Shown here one piece after another: positions 20,366 through 31,094 of a DNA stretch of 64,000 nt. This DNA is from Nitrosopumilus sp. GTDB lineage: Archaea > Thermoproteota > Nitrososphaeria > Nitrososphaerales > Nitrosopumilaceae. Each line of letters opens with the position of its first letter. Position 1 is the first letter of the stretch. The position numbers and the translations under genes were made by a program. The stretch is taken from positions 1,056,001 to 1,120,000 of the forward strand of contig OZ245003.1 of the NCBI GenBank assembly GCA_965223425.1, in the 5' to 3' direction. The notes beneath the pieces were generated by a model. The model saw only the letters and a list, made by a program, of their open reading frames with translations, was not told the origin of the DNA and searched no databases.

Positions 20366-21466
20366 TTATTTTCTAATCTTCAGCGATACTGCAAACGCAC
20401 ATACAATAATTGCAACTGCAAAATACATAACTGCAACATAGTCAAATGCAAATGCAATGCTTCCTGCAATTACAGGACCGACTACTGTTGCAATCGATAA
20501 TGTGGAGCTAAAAATTCCAGTCGATGTTGAACGTGGATTGTTTTCCATGAGATGAAAGTTCCCACCAATGAACAAAAATGCCCAAGTTCCACCAACAAGC
20601 GCCATAAATGGCATTGCCATCCACCAGTCTGTGATTGTTGCCAATCCCACAAAAACAAGTGTGGTACATCCAATTCCAATTTTGAATTTTGTAACATTTG
20701 AGAGATTGATTTTGCTTGCCATCAAATTCATCAACACAAATGCTGTCAACGTGTTTGCAACGTATACAATTGATATCTGATAGAGCTCTGCCCCTAATTT
20801 CTCCATTAGCATTATTGGAAGTATGGTCCAGACAGATGTGGCACCAATATGTCTTAGCAGTAATGACAGAAACAGAAACCTGTTTTTTGAAATAACTTTT
20901 TTTGTGGTTCCTGATTCTAACTCTTTTTCTTGCATTGGATTTGGTAATTTTACTGTAAATAGCAATCCGATGATAAATGAAGCCGAGCTAATTAAGAAAA
21001 TCAGCTTTAGATCATTTGCAAATCCAGCTGCTGCAATTCCTGCAAGCCATCCTGACGCATGAAACGAAATTACGGTAGCTGCCCTCTTTTTATCAACATT
21101 TGCCTCATACGTGTATGCAATCATTGCAGGAATCATAATCCCACTTGCAATTCCGGCCCCAATTCTTGCTAGAAACAGCAAAGTAATGTCATCTGCAAAA
21201 TAGTGTAATCCAAAGGCAGCAGCACACCCAATGAAACCTATTCTGATGAATTTGAGCCTGGTTCCTTTCTTGTCTGAATGCCTGCCAAAATAGATTTCAG
21301 AGAGAATCTGTGCAAAGCTAAATGATGCTACGACAAGTCCTATTTCAAAAACAGAATCTGTAACCCCTTTTGCAATAATAGGCATGAATACAAAGACAAT
21401 TGAGATTCCAGCGTGTTGAAAAAAGGTTGCACCACGAACTAGATTGTTTACTTGAGGCTTTTGCAT
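20366..21466 (-). CDS. MFS transporter
   Basis: about 12 TM segments; motif A-like GRHSDKKG. Confidence 0.85.
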   Translation of the reverse strand: MQKPQVNNLVRGATFFQHAGISIVFVFMPIIAKGVTDSVFEIGLVVASFSFAQILSEIYFGRHSDKKGTRLKFIRIGFIGCAAAFGLHYFADDITLLFLARIGAGIASGIMIPAMIAYTYEANVDKKRAATVISFHASGWLAGIAAAGFANDLKLIFLISSASFIIGLLFTVKLPNPMQEKELESGTTKKVISKNRFLFLSLLLRHIGATSVWTILPIMLMEKLGAELYQISIVYVANTLTAFVLMNLMASKINLSNVTKFKIGIGCTTLVFVGLATITDWWMAMPFMALVGGTWAFLFIGGNFHLMENNPRSTSTGIFSSTLSIATVVGPVIAGSIAFAFDYVAVMYFAVAIIVCAFAVSLKIRK

Positions 21467-21578
21467 AAATGTACATTGGATTGCTTTTCACCTAATTTCA
21501 ACATACGTTTCTATCACCCAAATGCCGGTGGATTTTTTTGAAAAGAGTTAAACTCTTCTAAGGCTTTTTGAGATTAAA

Positions 21579-22541
21579 TTGGCAGAAAAAGAACCGTTCT
21601 TAGACGCATTGCAAAACCGAGTCTTACTTTTTGACGGTGCAATGGGAACTGAAATTCAAAAGTATGATCCAAAGCCAGAAGACTTTCCAAACAATCAAGA
21701 TGGGTTCAATGATGGCTTGGTCCTAACACATCCTGAATGGATCAAACAAATTCACAGAAGTTATTTGGATGCAGGAGCTGACTGTGTTGAAACAAATTCT
21801 TTTGGCTCAAACAAAATAAAACTTGATGAGTATGGGTTTGGTGATAAAACAATTGACTTTAACAAAAATATTGCACAACTAGCATCTGAAGTTTGTACAG
21901 AGTATTCTGATAAACCGCGATATGTGGTCGGTTCGATGGGCCCATCAGGTTTTCTTCCAAGTTCAAATGATCCTGACTTGGGACAAAAACCTCTTGACGA
22001 AATACGAGAAGCATTTGAACTACAAGCAGAGGGATTGATCCTTGGAGGTGTAGATGCCTTACTTGTTGAAACAAGCCAAGACATCTTGGAAGTAAAATTA
22101 GTAATTGAGGCATCTCAGAATGCTAAAGAAAAGACTGGAAAGAAAATCCCTGTCATCGCAAATACAACCTTGGATCAATACGGTAAGATGTTACTTGGAA
22201 CAAATATCCAAGCTGCATACACAACTGTTTCTGATATGGGGATTGATGTATTTGGATTGAATTGCTCAACTGGCCCTGTAGAGATGGCCCCCAGTGTTAG
22301 GTGGCTTGATGAACAAAATGAGCATAACCTCTTGGTAGTTCCAAATGCAGGAATGCCTGAAAACCAAGGCGGTCAGGCAGTCTACAAAATGACTCCTGAG
22401 CAGATGAGTGCAGCGTTAGGTGATTTCCTTAATCAGTATCAAAAAGTTCGAATTATTGGTGGTTGTTGCGGAACAAACCCTGAACACATCAAAGCACTAA
22501 GGAAAGTAATTGACGAAAAAGCTAACTCTCTCAAGGGTTAA
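21579..22541 (+). CDS. metH: B12-dependent methionine synthase, homocysteine-binding subunit
   Basis: DGAMGT, GLNC, GGCCGT. Confidence 0.9.
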   Translation: MAEKEPFLDALQNRVLLFDGAMGTEIQKYDPKPEDFPNNQDGFNDGLVLTHPEWIKQIHRSYLDAGADCVETNSFGSNKIKLDEYGFGDKTIDFNKNIAQLASEVCTEYSDKPRYVVGSMGPSGFLPSSNDPDLGQKPLDEIREAFELQAEGLILGGVDALLVETSQDILEVKLVIEASQNAKEKTGKKIPVIANTTLDQYGKMLLGTNIQAAYTTVSDMGIDVFGLNCSTGPVEMAPSVRWLDEQNEHNLLVVPNAGMPENQGGQAVYKMTPEQMSAALGDFLNQYQKVRIIGGCCGTNPEHIKALRKVIDEKANSLKG

Positions 22542-22573
22542 GTTTTTAGAAAAACTGGGGTGATTTTACAATA

Positions 22574-25081
22574 TTGACTGTTCCTAGGGTAAGTTCTGCA
22601 TTAAAAGCAGTAGATCTCAAGCAACTTCCGGCCCCGCTGATAATCGGGGAGAGAATCAACACGCAGGGTTCGCGTAAAGCAAAACAACTCGTCCTAAATG
22701 ATGATTATGACGGTCTAGTTGATTTGGGTAGAATCCAAGTAGAAGATGGTGCACACTGTCTTGATGTCTGTGTAGCCACTACTGAACGCTCTGATGAGCG
22801 AGATTTCATGTTGAATCTAGTAAAAAGGCTGAGCTTAGAAATTGATGCGCCGCTTGTAATTGATTCGACTGATCCACAAGTCATTGAAGCATCAGTAAAA
22901 CAAATTCCAGGCCGCCCAATTATCAATTCAATTAATCTTGAAGGAGATGGCAGTAGATTTGAAAAACTAGCTCCCATAATGGCCAAGTACGGCTTACCGT
23001 CGATTGCACTATGTATTGGCCCAAATGGAATGGCTAAAACTCCGCAACAAAAAGTGGAAACTGCTGAATTGCTTTATGAAACTGGAAAAAAATATGGATT
23101 AAAAATTGAACAATTTATCTTTGATGTCCTTACATTCACTTTGGCAACAGGCGAAGATGAATTTCTTGATGCAGGAAAAAACACCCTGGAAGGAATTCGC
23201 CTTGTTAAAGAAAAGTTTCCTAATTCATTTACTACGCTAGGCCTCAGTAACATCAGTTTTGGTTTATCCCCATATGCAAGAAAGGTTCTCAACTCTGTCT
23301 TTTTGTACCATGCCGTAAAGGTTGGACTTGATACTGCCATAATAAATGCCAAAGAGATTATTCCTTACGGTGAAATTGATGAGAAAGAAAAAAAACTTGC
23401 AGAGGATCTAGTCTTTAATGCTCACCCAAATGCATTATCTGAACTAATATCGTATTTTGAAAAAGCAGGCCCACAAAGCAGCACTGCCTCTAAAAAAGTA
23501 GACGTTGATCCTTCCTGGCCTCCTGGAAAGCGTGCTAATTTTAGAATTGTAAACAGGCTCAAAGATGGAATTCAAAATGATGTTGTATCTGCAATTGCAG
23601 AAAAGCTAGGCAAAAATGAAATCCTAAAAGACACTAATGGAATCTTGTCACTGGATGCTACAAAAGAAATCACTCATGATGGCGCAATTAGAACGCTAAA
23701 CGAAGATCTGCTTCCTGCAATGAAAGAAGTCGGCGACAAGTTTGGTGCAGGAGAATTGATCTTGCCATTTGTGCTCAAATCAGCAGAGTGTATGAAAGCA
23801 GCAGTTGGTGAATTAGAAAAATATCTGTTTAAAGAAGAAGGCGCAAGCAAAGGCAAGCTTGTTTTGGGAACTGTATATGGTGACGTGCATGACATTGGAA
23901 AGAACCTTGTAAAGACAATCTTTCAAAATAATGGCTATTCTGTTTATGACTTGGGAAAGCAAGTTCCTTTACAGAAATTCTTAGAAAAAATTGACGAGGT
24001 CAATCCTGATGCTATAGGACTGTCTGCGTTATTGGTTTCTACATCAAAGCAGATGCAGTTTTTCGTAGAACATGCTAGAAAAAATAATATGAATATTCCA
24101 ATTCTTTGCGGTGGCGCTGCCATTAACAGCAACTACATTAACAGAATTGCAAAAGATGCTGGAATCTACGAACCTGGCGTATTTTATTGTAATACCATGT
24201 TTGAAGGACTCAAGACAATGGATGTTTTGGTTTCAGATGACAAACCCAGACTTTTAGCTGAATGGAAAGAAAAGCTGGAAAACTGGAAGGACAAATCTGC
24301 AGCGGCAGCAGCAGCAGTAGATCCTGATGTCCTTCCTAAGAGCAACATCAGGCCTGTTGAGGCTCCAACTCCTCAAAACGTTGGAGGGCCAATTCACCTA
24401 GACAAAGAACAAATCAAAATGGACGAGGTTTGGCAGATGATTGACAAAAAATCACTATTCAAGCTATCGTGGGGTCTTAGAGGCAAGGCAGGTTCTGAGT
24501 CAGAAGCTGATCATGAACAACTGCTAAGTCAATGGAAGGTTCGAATAGTTAGAGAGAGGCTCTTTGAGCCTGGAATTGTTTATGGATACTTTAGATGTCA
24601 CAGCAAAGAGAGAAAATTGCATGTTGAGAATCCTCACGGGGATGATGTAGAGTTTGATTTTCCACGTTCTACAAAACCAGAGCATCTGTGTCTGACTGAT
24701 TATTTTGGTGAGAATGATGTCGTTGCATTTCAATCAGTAACTGTAGGAAACAGGGCATCTGAAACTATAGATCGATGGAACAAAGAAGACAAGTATGCTG
24801 ATGCATACTACCTGCATGGATTAGCAGTTGAAGTAGCAGAAGCCTTGGCAGAATGGACAAACCGAAAAATAAAATCTGAATTGAATTTGGAGAAAGGCGG
24901 ATTGCGATACAGCTGGGGATTTCCCAGCTGTCCGGATGTCTCACAGCATCGATTAGTTTGGAAACTACTGCAGCCTGAAAAGTCTGGAATGACTCTCACT
25001 GAATCAGGCCAAATAATTCCTGAGCAATCAACTGCCGCAATTGTGGTTCATCATCCCCAAGCACAATATTTTGTGCTTTAA
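22574..25081 (+). CDS. metH: B12-dependent methionine synthase, pterin/cobalamin/reactivation domains
   Basis: IGERIN, GDVHDIGKN, RYSWGFPSCPD. Confidence 0.92.
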   Translation: MTVPRVSSALKAVDLKQLPAPLIIGERINTQGSRKAKQLVLNDDYDGLVDLGRIQVEDGAHCLDVCVATTERSDERDFMLNLVKRLSLEIDAPLVIDSTDPQVIEASVKQIPGRPIINSINLEGDGSRFEKLAPIMAKYGLPSIALCIGPNGMAKTPQQKVETAELLYETGKKYGLKIEQFIFDVLTFTLATGEDEFLDAGKNTLEGIRLVKEKFPNSFTTLGLSNISFGLSPYARKVLNSVFLYHAVKVGLDTAIINAKEIIPYGEIDEKEKKLAEDLVFNAHPNALSELISYFEKAGPQSSTASKKVDVDPSWPPGKRANFRIVNRLKDGIQNDVVSAIAEKLGKNEILKDTNGILSLDATKEITHDGAIRTLNEDLLPAMKEVGDKFGAGELILPFVLKSAECMKAAVGELEKYLFKEEGASKGKLVLGTVYGDVHDIGKNLVKTIFQNNGYSVYDLGKQVPLQKFLEKIDEVNPDAIGLSALLVSTSKQMQFFVEHARKNNMNIPILCGGAAINSNYINRIAKDAGIYEPGVFYCNTMFEGLKTMDVLVSDDKPRLLAEWKEKLENWKDKSAAAAAAVDPDVLPKSNIRPVEAPTPQNVGGPIHLDKEQIKMDEVWQMIDKKSLFKLSWGLRGKAGSESEADHEQLLSQWKVRIVRERLFEPGIVYGYFRCHSKERKLHVENPHGDDVEFDFPRSTKPEHLCLTDYFGENDVVAFQSVTVGNRASETIDRWNKEDKYADAYYLHGLAVEVAEALAEWTNRKIKSELNLEKGGLRYSWGFPSCPDVSQHRLVWKLLQPEKSGMTLTESGQIIPEQSTAAIVVHHPQAQYFVL

Positions 25082-25815
25082 CGAACAGAGTTTTCTAAAA
25101 ACTCATTCAAGCCGCTAAAGTCACTCGGTGATGTAATTAACACCTCTCCTGTAATATTATGTGCTTTTTTTACAAACCCCTCAAAGTCTTGACTGTATGT
25201 TGCCAGATCTAAATTCAAAAACTTTGCCGATTTTTTGTTTTTTTCTGAAGGAAACAAAATAGTCGGTATTACTGAAAATCCTTTTAGATTGTCAAAAAGA
25301 TTTTGAACTTGATCAAGATTTTGAACCACCTGCGTCATGAATCCTTTGGGCTTTGCTTCTAGTTTTTTTCCAATTTTAGAAAAATCAGGCTTGTTTGAAA
25401 TTGAAAGATACAAATCAATTTTTGAGTTAATGCCCTGTTCTTTTAGCTTCTTTACAGTGGTGCTTGGAATTTCACCCGAATCTGGTTTCCAAGTTTGAGA
25501 CGGATCTCCCATCAACACCAAAATCCCTGAAAAACCAATTGAGATACAGCTATCTACAAACTCTGAGATCTCTTTTTCATTCTTATCTCTGACTCTGAGA
25601 CTAGCTGTAACTGGCAAATCTGGAATTTCATTTTTAACTATCTTTCCAACTTCAATTGGGGAAACCCTTTGATATCCTAACACATTTTCAGTTACATGGA
25701 TTGCATCACATTTTTTTGAAATAATTTTTATTTTTTTAATAAATTTTGCAATCGATTCATTTGTGTCAACGCCTGGCAAAATCTTTGGTGGATTAGCTTC
25801 GTATCTAACAGTCAT
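25078..25815 (-). CDS. methylenetetrahydrofolate reductase-like protein
   Basis: YEANPPK, LMGDP, FMTQ; adjacent to metH. Confidence 0.7.
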   Translation of the reverse strand: MTVRYEANPPKILPGVDTNESIAKFIKKIKIISKKCDAIHVTENVLGYQRVSPIEVGKIVKNEIPDLPVTASLRVRDKNEKEISEFVDSCISIGFSGILVLMGDPSQTWKPDSGEIPSTTVKKLKEQGINSKIDLYLSISNKPDFSKIGKKLEAKPKGFMTQVVQNLDQVQNLFDNLKGFSVIPTILFPSEKNKKSAKFLNLDLATYSQDFEGFVKKAHNITGEVLITSPSDFSGLNEFLENSVR

Positions 25816-25888
25816 ATTGTGATTTTTTTATTCTTGGTTAAAACCTTTGAATATCAAAACACATGTGGAATAGTAGGAAAGAAACAAG

Positions 25889-26437
25889 ATGTTATTGGAT
25901 GATTTAAAATCAATACTTTCAAGTCCCATCAATCCCAAAATAGAGACTGATGGAAATTACAAATTAGCATCAGTGCTTGTGGTAATCTATGGAAACGAGC
26001 CAATTGTTGTGATGACTGAAAAACCCAAACACATGAAATTTCATGCCGGTGAAGTTTCATTCCCTGGAGGTAAACTAGATGTTAATGATCAAGATCTTTT
26101 AGAAACAGCGCTACGTGAAACTAGTGAAGAAATTGGTCTAACAATCACTAAAGAACAAGTAATCGGTCAACTAGAACCTGTAATTACTCTGAATTCTGGC
26201 TTTTTGATTTTACCGTTTATCTCAATTATTGATAAAATTCCGCCACTTGCTGCAAATGCTGAAGTTGAAAAAATTTTCCGCATTCCATTGGATCCATTTT
26301 TAAAGACAATCGCAAAAGATCCAGATCCTTCTCATAACATTATTCAAGAAATGTATACTTTTGAACATCAAAACCAAATTGTGTGGGGTGCCTCAGCTAG
26401 AATACTAAAACAAATACAAACTCTCCTAAAATCCTGA
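25889..26437 (+). CDS. Nudix hydrolase (CoA pyrophosphatase type)
   Basis: HAGEVSFPGG, ALRETSEEIG, VWGASA. Confidence 0.88.
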   Translation: MLLDDLKSILSSPINPKIETDGNYKLASVLVVIYGNEPIVVMTEKPKHMKFHAGEVSFPGGKLDVNDQDLLETALRETSEEIGLTITKEQVIGQLEPVITLNSGFLILPFISIIDKIPPLAANAEVEKIFRIPLDPFLKTIAKDPDPSHNIIQEMYTFEHQNQIVWGASARILKQIQTLLKS

Positions 26438-26474
26438 GATTCATTTAAAAAGAGCTCACCGTGCCTGAAAATCT

Positions 26475-26633
26475 ATGGCTGCACGCAAGTCTTCTCCAAG
26501 GAAAATACGTCTGTTAAAAAAGACAAGACAGACATCGCCAGTACCAGCTTGGATAATTCTCAAAACAAAGAGATCTGTTAGAACAAACCCAAAACGCAGA
26601 GCTTGGAGATCAACTGATGTGGAGGTAGGATAG
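26475..26633 (+). CDS. rpl39e: 50S ribosomal protein L39e (not in ORF track)
   Basis: MAARKSSPRKIRLLKKTRQTSPVPAWIILKTKRSVRTNPKRRAWRSTDVEVG; upstream of L31e. Confidence 0.92.
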   Translation: MAARKSSPRKIRLLKKTRQTSPVPAWIILKTKRSVRTNPKRRAWRSTDVEVG

Positions 26634-27338
26634 TTGTCTCAGGAGTTAGAAAGAGTTTATACAATTAATCTAGGTAAAGTTTTGCTTTCACAATCCCAAC
26701 ATAGAGCTGTTAGAGCAATTAACATGATTAAAGAATTTGCTAGACATCACATGAAAGTAGAATCAATTAAAATTGAAGAAGAATTAGCTCATCAAATTTG
26801 GGCAAAAGGAGTTAGAAGTCCTCCAAGAAAAATTAGAGTTAGAATGAGTAAAACTGATGAAGGTTATGTTCTTGTCTCTCAATATGATGAGGAAATAGAA
26901 TCTAAGGTAATTCCTGAAAAGGAAGCACCAAAAGTAGAAGAAGCACCAAAAGTAGAAGAAGCACCAAAAGTAGAAGAAGCACCAAAAGTAGAAGAAGCAC
27001 CAAAAGTAGAAGAAGCACCAAAAGTAGAAGAAGCACCAAAAGTAGAAGAAGCACCAAAAGTAGAAGAAGCACCAAAAGTAGAAGAAGCACCAAAAGTAGA
27101 AAATAAAGTTGAAGATAAAGTAGAGGAACCAACTGCGAAAGTTCCTAAAGTTGAATATAAAGTAGAGGAACCAAAGAAAGAATCTCCAAAAAAGAAGGTA
27201 GTAAAGACGGATACTAAAGAAATTTTAGAAGAAGCAACAGCACCAAAGAAAGAAAAACCAGCTAAGGAAGAAGCAGCACCAAAGAAAGAAAAACCAGCTA
27301 AGGAAGAAGCAGCACCAAAGAAAACATCAAAAGAGTAA
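26634..27338 (+). CDS. rpl31e: 50S ribosomal protein L31e with long repetitive C-tail
   Basis: ERVYTINL, RAVRAI, IWAKGVRSPPRKIRV. Confidence 0.92.
   Translation: MSQELERVYTINLGKVLLSQSQHRAVRAINMIKEFARHHMKVESIKIEEELAHQIWAKGVRSPPRKIRVRMSKTDEGYVLVSQYDEEIESKVIPEKEAPKVEEAPKVEEAPKVEEAPKVEEAPKVEEAPKVEEAPKVEEAPKVEEAPKVEEAPKVENKVEDKVEEPTAKVPKVEYKVEEPKKESPKKKVVKTDTKEILEEATAPKKEKPAKEEAAPKKEKPAKEEAAPKKTSKE
26922..27101 (+). repeat. perfect 18-bp tandem repeat x10 (EAPKVE)
   Basis: GAAGCACCAAAAGTAGAA x10. Confidence 0.95.
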
Positions 27339-27359
27339 ATTTCTTTTAAAAAATTATTT

Positions 27360-28310
27360 TTATTCTAATTGGTATAAATCTAACTTACAATCAATACTGC
27401 AATCTGGCGTAGACCAATCAAGCGTATCTTCTTGTGGAATCATTCCAAGTGGATCATAGTTATCAAATTTTGTCATACCTTGAATAGAAGACAGCATTAC
27501 AACTTTGGATTCTTCAGAGGTTGATGCCGTGTCTATTTGTGAATTACTCTCACTTAGAATTCCACTTGTAAGACTTGTAATTGAATTTAACACTCCAACT
27601 GGAATGTTACTTCCGCCAACTACGTACAACATTGAACGTTTTACTGCATTTGGTGGAGCATTTTCATAAAGCATTTTTAGTGAATCTCTGAGCAAATCCT
27701 CAATATTTTGTCCCTCTTTACTTGTTGTGAGTATGCTTGTATCTGCAGGCATTTCTGATGTGTTTAATGACTTTACTACATGCATAATTGCAGAGTTTGC
27801 AATATCATAACATGCTTTAGGACTCAAATCTGGATTGCTTTCAAGTAACGAGTCATTATCAAGTACTACAGTGCATTCTGAGTTTTCTCTAACTCTTTTT
27901 AGCGATACTCCTGAGTTGAAAATTCTGTCCTTTTCATATCTGAAAGGCATTACTGCAAACGAAATCACTCCCTTATCGGATTTTTTACACATGTCCGAAA
28001 CTACTGGTGCCATGGCTGAGCCTGCTTTTCCAGCTAAATTACTCATCAAGATTACTGTGGAGTAGCCTGCAATCTTTGATTTTATTTCATCTTCTACATT
28101 GTATGTTGAGCCTCTAATCAACTGAACAGATGGATTCACTACAGACTCTGTAGAAACATGAACAGATGGATTCTCTGATGAGAAATCTTTTGCGTCATTA
28201 CTAATTAGTAAACAATCAGAATTAATGGAATCTTTAGCCTTAACTGCTAATTTTGAGCCTACGCCACCTATGCCTATGACTAGAACTGGTTCTTTTACTT
28301 GAAAATCCAT
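27360..28310 (-). CDS. ftsZ: thaumarchaeal FtsZ/tubulin-like protein
   Basis: VIGIGGVG, degenerate signature LAGKAGS, MPFRYE, LDNDSL. Confidence 0.8.
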   Translation of the reverse strand: MDFQVKEPVLVIGIGGVGSKLAVKAKDSINSDCLLISNDAKDFSSENPSVHVSTESVVNPSVQLIRGSTYNVEDEIKSKIAGYSTVILMSNLAGKAGSAMAPVVSDMCKKSDKGVISFAVMPFRYEKDRIFNSGVSLKRVRENSECTVVLDNDSLLESNPDLSPKACYDIANSAIMHVVKSLNTSEMPADTSILTTSKEGQNIEDLLRDSLKMLYENAPPNAVKRSMLYVVGGSNIPVGVLNSITSLTSGILSESNSQIDTASTSEESKVVMLSSIQGMTKFDNYDPLGMIPQEDTLDWSTPDCSIDCKLDLYQLE

Positions 28311-28383
28311 TTCAGATTCTATTCATTGATTTAGATAAAAAACCTTCTTACGTTTTTTTAATCAAATTCTAGATCTAAAAAAT

Positions 28384-29652
28384 TTAGCTTGCGATCTCTC
28401 CAAGAAGACTGTTTACAGTAATATCTGTTATCTCAACTGTGTGGTACTGACCAATGTCTACTTGATCATGCACAAATACAGGCTTGTATGCAAAGTTTCT
28501 GCCTTTGATTCCCTCACCTGTTTTTTCATCAAATAGAACTTTGCCTGTCCAACCGATCCACTTTTTGTTGTTCTCCATTGATATTTTGCTGATCTGTTCA
28601 AAAATCATCTTACTTCTTCGTTTTACTTCTGTAACATCAATCTGTTCCCGTTTAGCTGCCTCTGTGCCTGGTCTTGCGCTATATCTTGACAGGTTTACCA
28701 CATCTGGCTTTGTTTCATCAAGCAGGCCTACTGTTTTTTGAAAATCCTCTTCTGATTCTGAAGGAAAACCAACTATGACATCAGTTGAAATAGTAAAGTC
28801 TCTGAATTTTTCTTTTATCTTTTTCACAATATCTCTATAAGTGCCAGCAGTATGGCCTCTTTTCATATCATTTAGTACTTTATCACTGCCACTTTGCACT
28901 GGTATGTGGAGAAATTTGAAGACTTTGTCGCTATCAAATGATTCTATCAGGCCTTCTTTGATTCTTGGCATGTACATTGGATTCATCATGCCAACTCTGA
29001 TCATGAAATCATCTGGAATTTCTGCCACTGTGTTTACAAGTGACGGTAGGTCTGTTCCAATATCAAACCCATAGCATCCATTATCTGTAGATGTTAACCA
29101 AACTTCTTTACAGCCATCTTTAACTTCTGTTTGGACTTGCCTTACAATGTCTCCTAATCTATAGCTTGAAAGATCCCCTTTGGATAATTTTGTCTGGCAA
29201 AATGTACATTCACTCATACACCCACTTGCAATCTCTACGATCCCAACTATTGGATTCAGTCTAACCTTTGGCAGTCCCACCTTTGACAAGTCTGAGTCCT
29301 CCAACGCAATCTGTTTTCTGCCATTTAGTGTTGAATCAATTACTTGGAGTGTCCTTCCAAGTGAGTTAGGTCCAAGCAAGCTAGCATTTTCTGAAAACTT
29401 TTCAACCGTGCCTTGCTCTGCCTTTGGAAGACACCCAGCTACTACCAGCGGTTTTGATTTTAATGATTTTATTCTATGAATCATCTTGTTTGCAGTTGCA
29501 TCCTTGACAGAGCATGTAACTACAACGTTTAGATCAGAATCTGAGGAATTATCTACCAAAGTATGGCCTCCATTTAGAACTAGTCCTGAAATCATCTCTG
29601 AATCTGCAAAACTAGCAGAACATCCGTAGGCCTCCACGAAAATCTTTGCCAT
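28384..29652 (-). CDS. tRNA methylthiotransferase (MtaB/e-MtaB-like radical SAM)
   Basis: YGC, CMSECTFC, TRAM-like C-terminus. Confidence 0.88.
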   Translation of the reverse strand: MAKIFVEAYGCSASFADSEMISGLVLNGGHTLVDNSSDSDLNVVVTCSVKDATANKMIHRIKSLKSKPLVVAGCLPKAEQGTVEKFSENASLLGPNSLGRTLQVIDSTLNGRKQIALEDSDLSKVGLPKVRLNPIVGIVEIASGCMSECTFCQTKLSKGDLSSYRLGDIVRQVQTEVKDGCKEVWLTSTDNGCYGFDIGTDLPSLVNTVAEIPDDFMIRVGMMNPMYMPRIKEGLIESFDSDKVFKFLHIPVQSGSDKVLNDMKRGHTAGTYRDIVKKIKEKFRDFTISTDVIVGFPSESEEDFQKTVGLLDETKPDVVNLSRYSARPGTEAAKREQIDVTEVKRRSKMIFEQISKISMENNKKWIGWTGKVLFDEKTGEGIKGRNFAYKPVFVHDQVDIGQYHTVEITDITVNSLLGEIAS

Positions 29653-29655
29653 AGT

Positions 29656-31017
29656 CTATCCAAACAGAGAATCTATCTCTTTGCTGCCCAGTAGTTTCTT
29701 TGAAACAACCAACTCCCTGATGGTTTTTCCAGTCTTTAATGATTCTTTGAAGAGTTCTGCAGATTTCAGATATCCTATTTTTGGAGTCAGTAATGTAACG
29801 ATCACTGGGCTATTCTCGATGTCCTTGCGCAACTTGTTTTTATTTGCAGTTAATCCGTCAATTAGATTTGCCGAAAATATCGGCAAGAAATTCTTGAGCA
29901 TGTCTGTTGATTCTAGCATACACTTTAGCATGCCAGGCAACATGACGTTTAGCTCAAACTGTCCGCCCTGCACTGCATAAGAAACTGCAGTATCGTTTCC
30001 AATTATATTAAAACAAACCATATTCATACATTCAGCTAAAGATGGATTCACTTTTCCAGGCATGATGGATGACCCTGCATGTACTGCGGGAATTCCAAGT
30101 TCGGCTAATCCTGCAATTGGGCCTGATGCCATTAGTCTGATGTCATTTGCAATCTTTCCAATTTCTAGTGCCAAGTTTCGTAGCGAGCCTGACAAGTTTG
30201 CAACTGCAAATTTACTTTGTAAACCATGCTGCATATCTTTTTCAGGTTTTAGCGGAAGTTTAGAAATTTTTCCAAGTTCAGATATTGCAATTTTTCTGTA
30301 GCCTCTTGGGGTATTTGCTCCAGAACCAACAGCTGTCCCACCAAGTGCAACATTTTGCAGCTCCTTTTGTGACGCTATGATTTCGTTTCTTGCTTTAGTA
30401 ATTGATGTTACATAAGCAGCAAATTCATTACCTAGTGTTACTGGTAATGCATCCATTAGATGGGTTCTTCCAATTTTTTTGTAAGATGAAAATTGTTTTG
30501 CTTTTTTAGATAATGATTTTATTAAAATATCAATAGCTGGAATTGCTCCCTTGAGATTCATCAAAATTGCAACATGCATAGCAGTTGGATATGTATCGTT
30601 ACTTGATTGCGACATATTTACATGATCATTAGGATGTAAGAATTGATACTGCCCTTTCTTTTTATGTAGTATTTCTAATGCAACATTTGCAATAACCTCG
30701 TTTGAATTCATGTTAAATGCGGTTCCAGCACCCGAGTTTATCATATCTACCACAAACTGATCCACAAATTTTCCTGCCAAGATTTTATCACATGCAGAAA
30801 CTATTGCCCTTCCACGCCTTGTATCAATTGCCTTTGTCTTCATATTTGCAACTGCCGCAGAACGTTTTATCATTACAAACGACTTGATCAAATTTTCATG
30901 GCTTTTATTGCCAGTAACATGGTACTGCTTGATTGCTCTTCCAGTAAATGCCCCATAATACGCATCAGATGGGATTTTGACTTTGCCCAGTGAGTCCTGA
31001 TCTAATCGAAATTTCAT
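29656..31017 (-). CDS. class II fumarase / aspartate ammonia-lyase
   Basis: GSSIMPGKVNP, SQSSND, GRTHLMDA. Confidence 0.9.
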   Translation of the reverse strand: MKFRLDQDSLGKVKIPSDAYYGAFTGRAIKQYHVTGNKSHENLIKSFVMIKRSAAVANMKTKAIDTRRGRAIVSACDKILAGKFVDQFVVDMINSGAGTAFNMNSNEVIANVALEILHKKKGQYQFLHPNDHVNMSQSSNDTYPTAMHVAILMNLKGAIPAIDILIKSLSKKAKQFSSYKKIGRTHLMDALPVTLGNEFAAYVTSITKARNEIIASQKELQNVALGGTAVGSGANTPRGYRKIAISELGKISKLPLKPEKDMQHGLQSKFAVANLSGSLRNLALEIGKIANDIRLMASGPIAGLAELGIPAVHAGSSIMPGKVNPSLAECMNMVCFNIIGNDTAVSYAVQGGQFELNVMLPGMLKCMLESTDMLKNFLPIFSANLIDGLTANKNKLRKDIENSPVIVTLLTPKIGYLKSAELFKESLKTGKTIRELVVSKKLLGSKEIDSLFG

Positions 31018-31094
31018 GTTGATTTTATAACAAATTATCTCCTATTATTCATTCTTTTTTGGGTGATTTAATAATTTCATAACATGCAGAATGC

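Noticed and set aside
21579-25081. MetH split into two genes
   Set aside because: Both parts are intact with their own starts; split MetH is a known arrangement.
26922-27101. Possible CRISPR array (also 34606..34749 and 5304..5429)
   Set aside because: Units are head-to-tail with no spacers, in frame within proteins, and no cas genes are present.
27360-28310. FtsZ lacking the GGGTG signature
   Set aside because: Divergent FtsZ-like proteins are already known in Thaumarchaeota.
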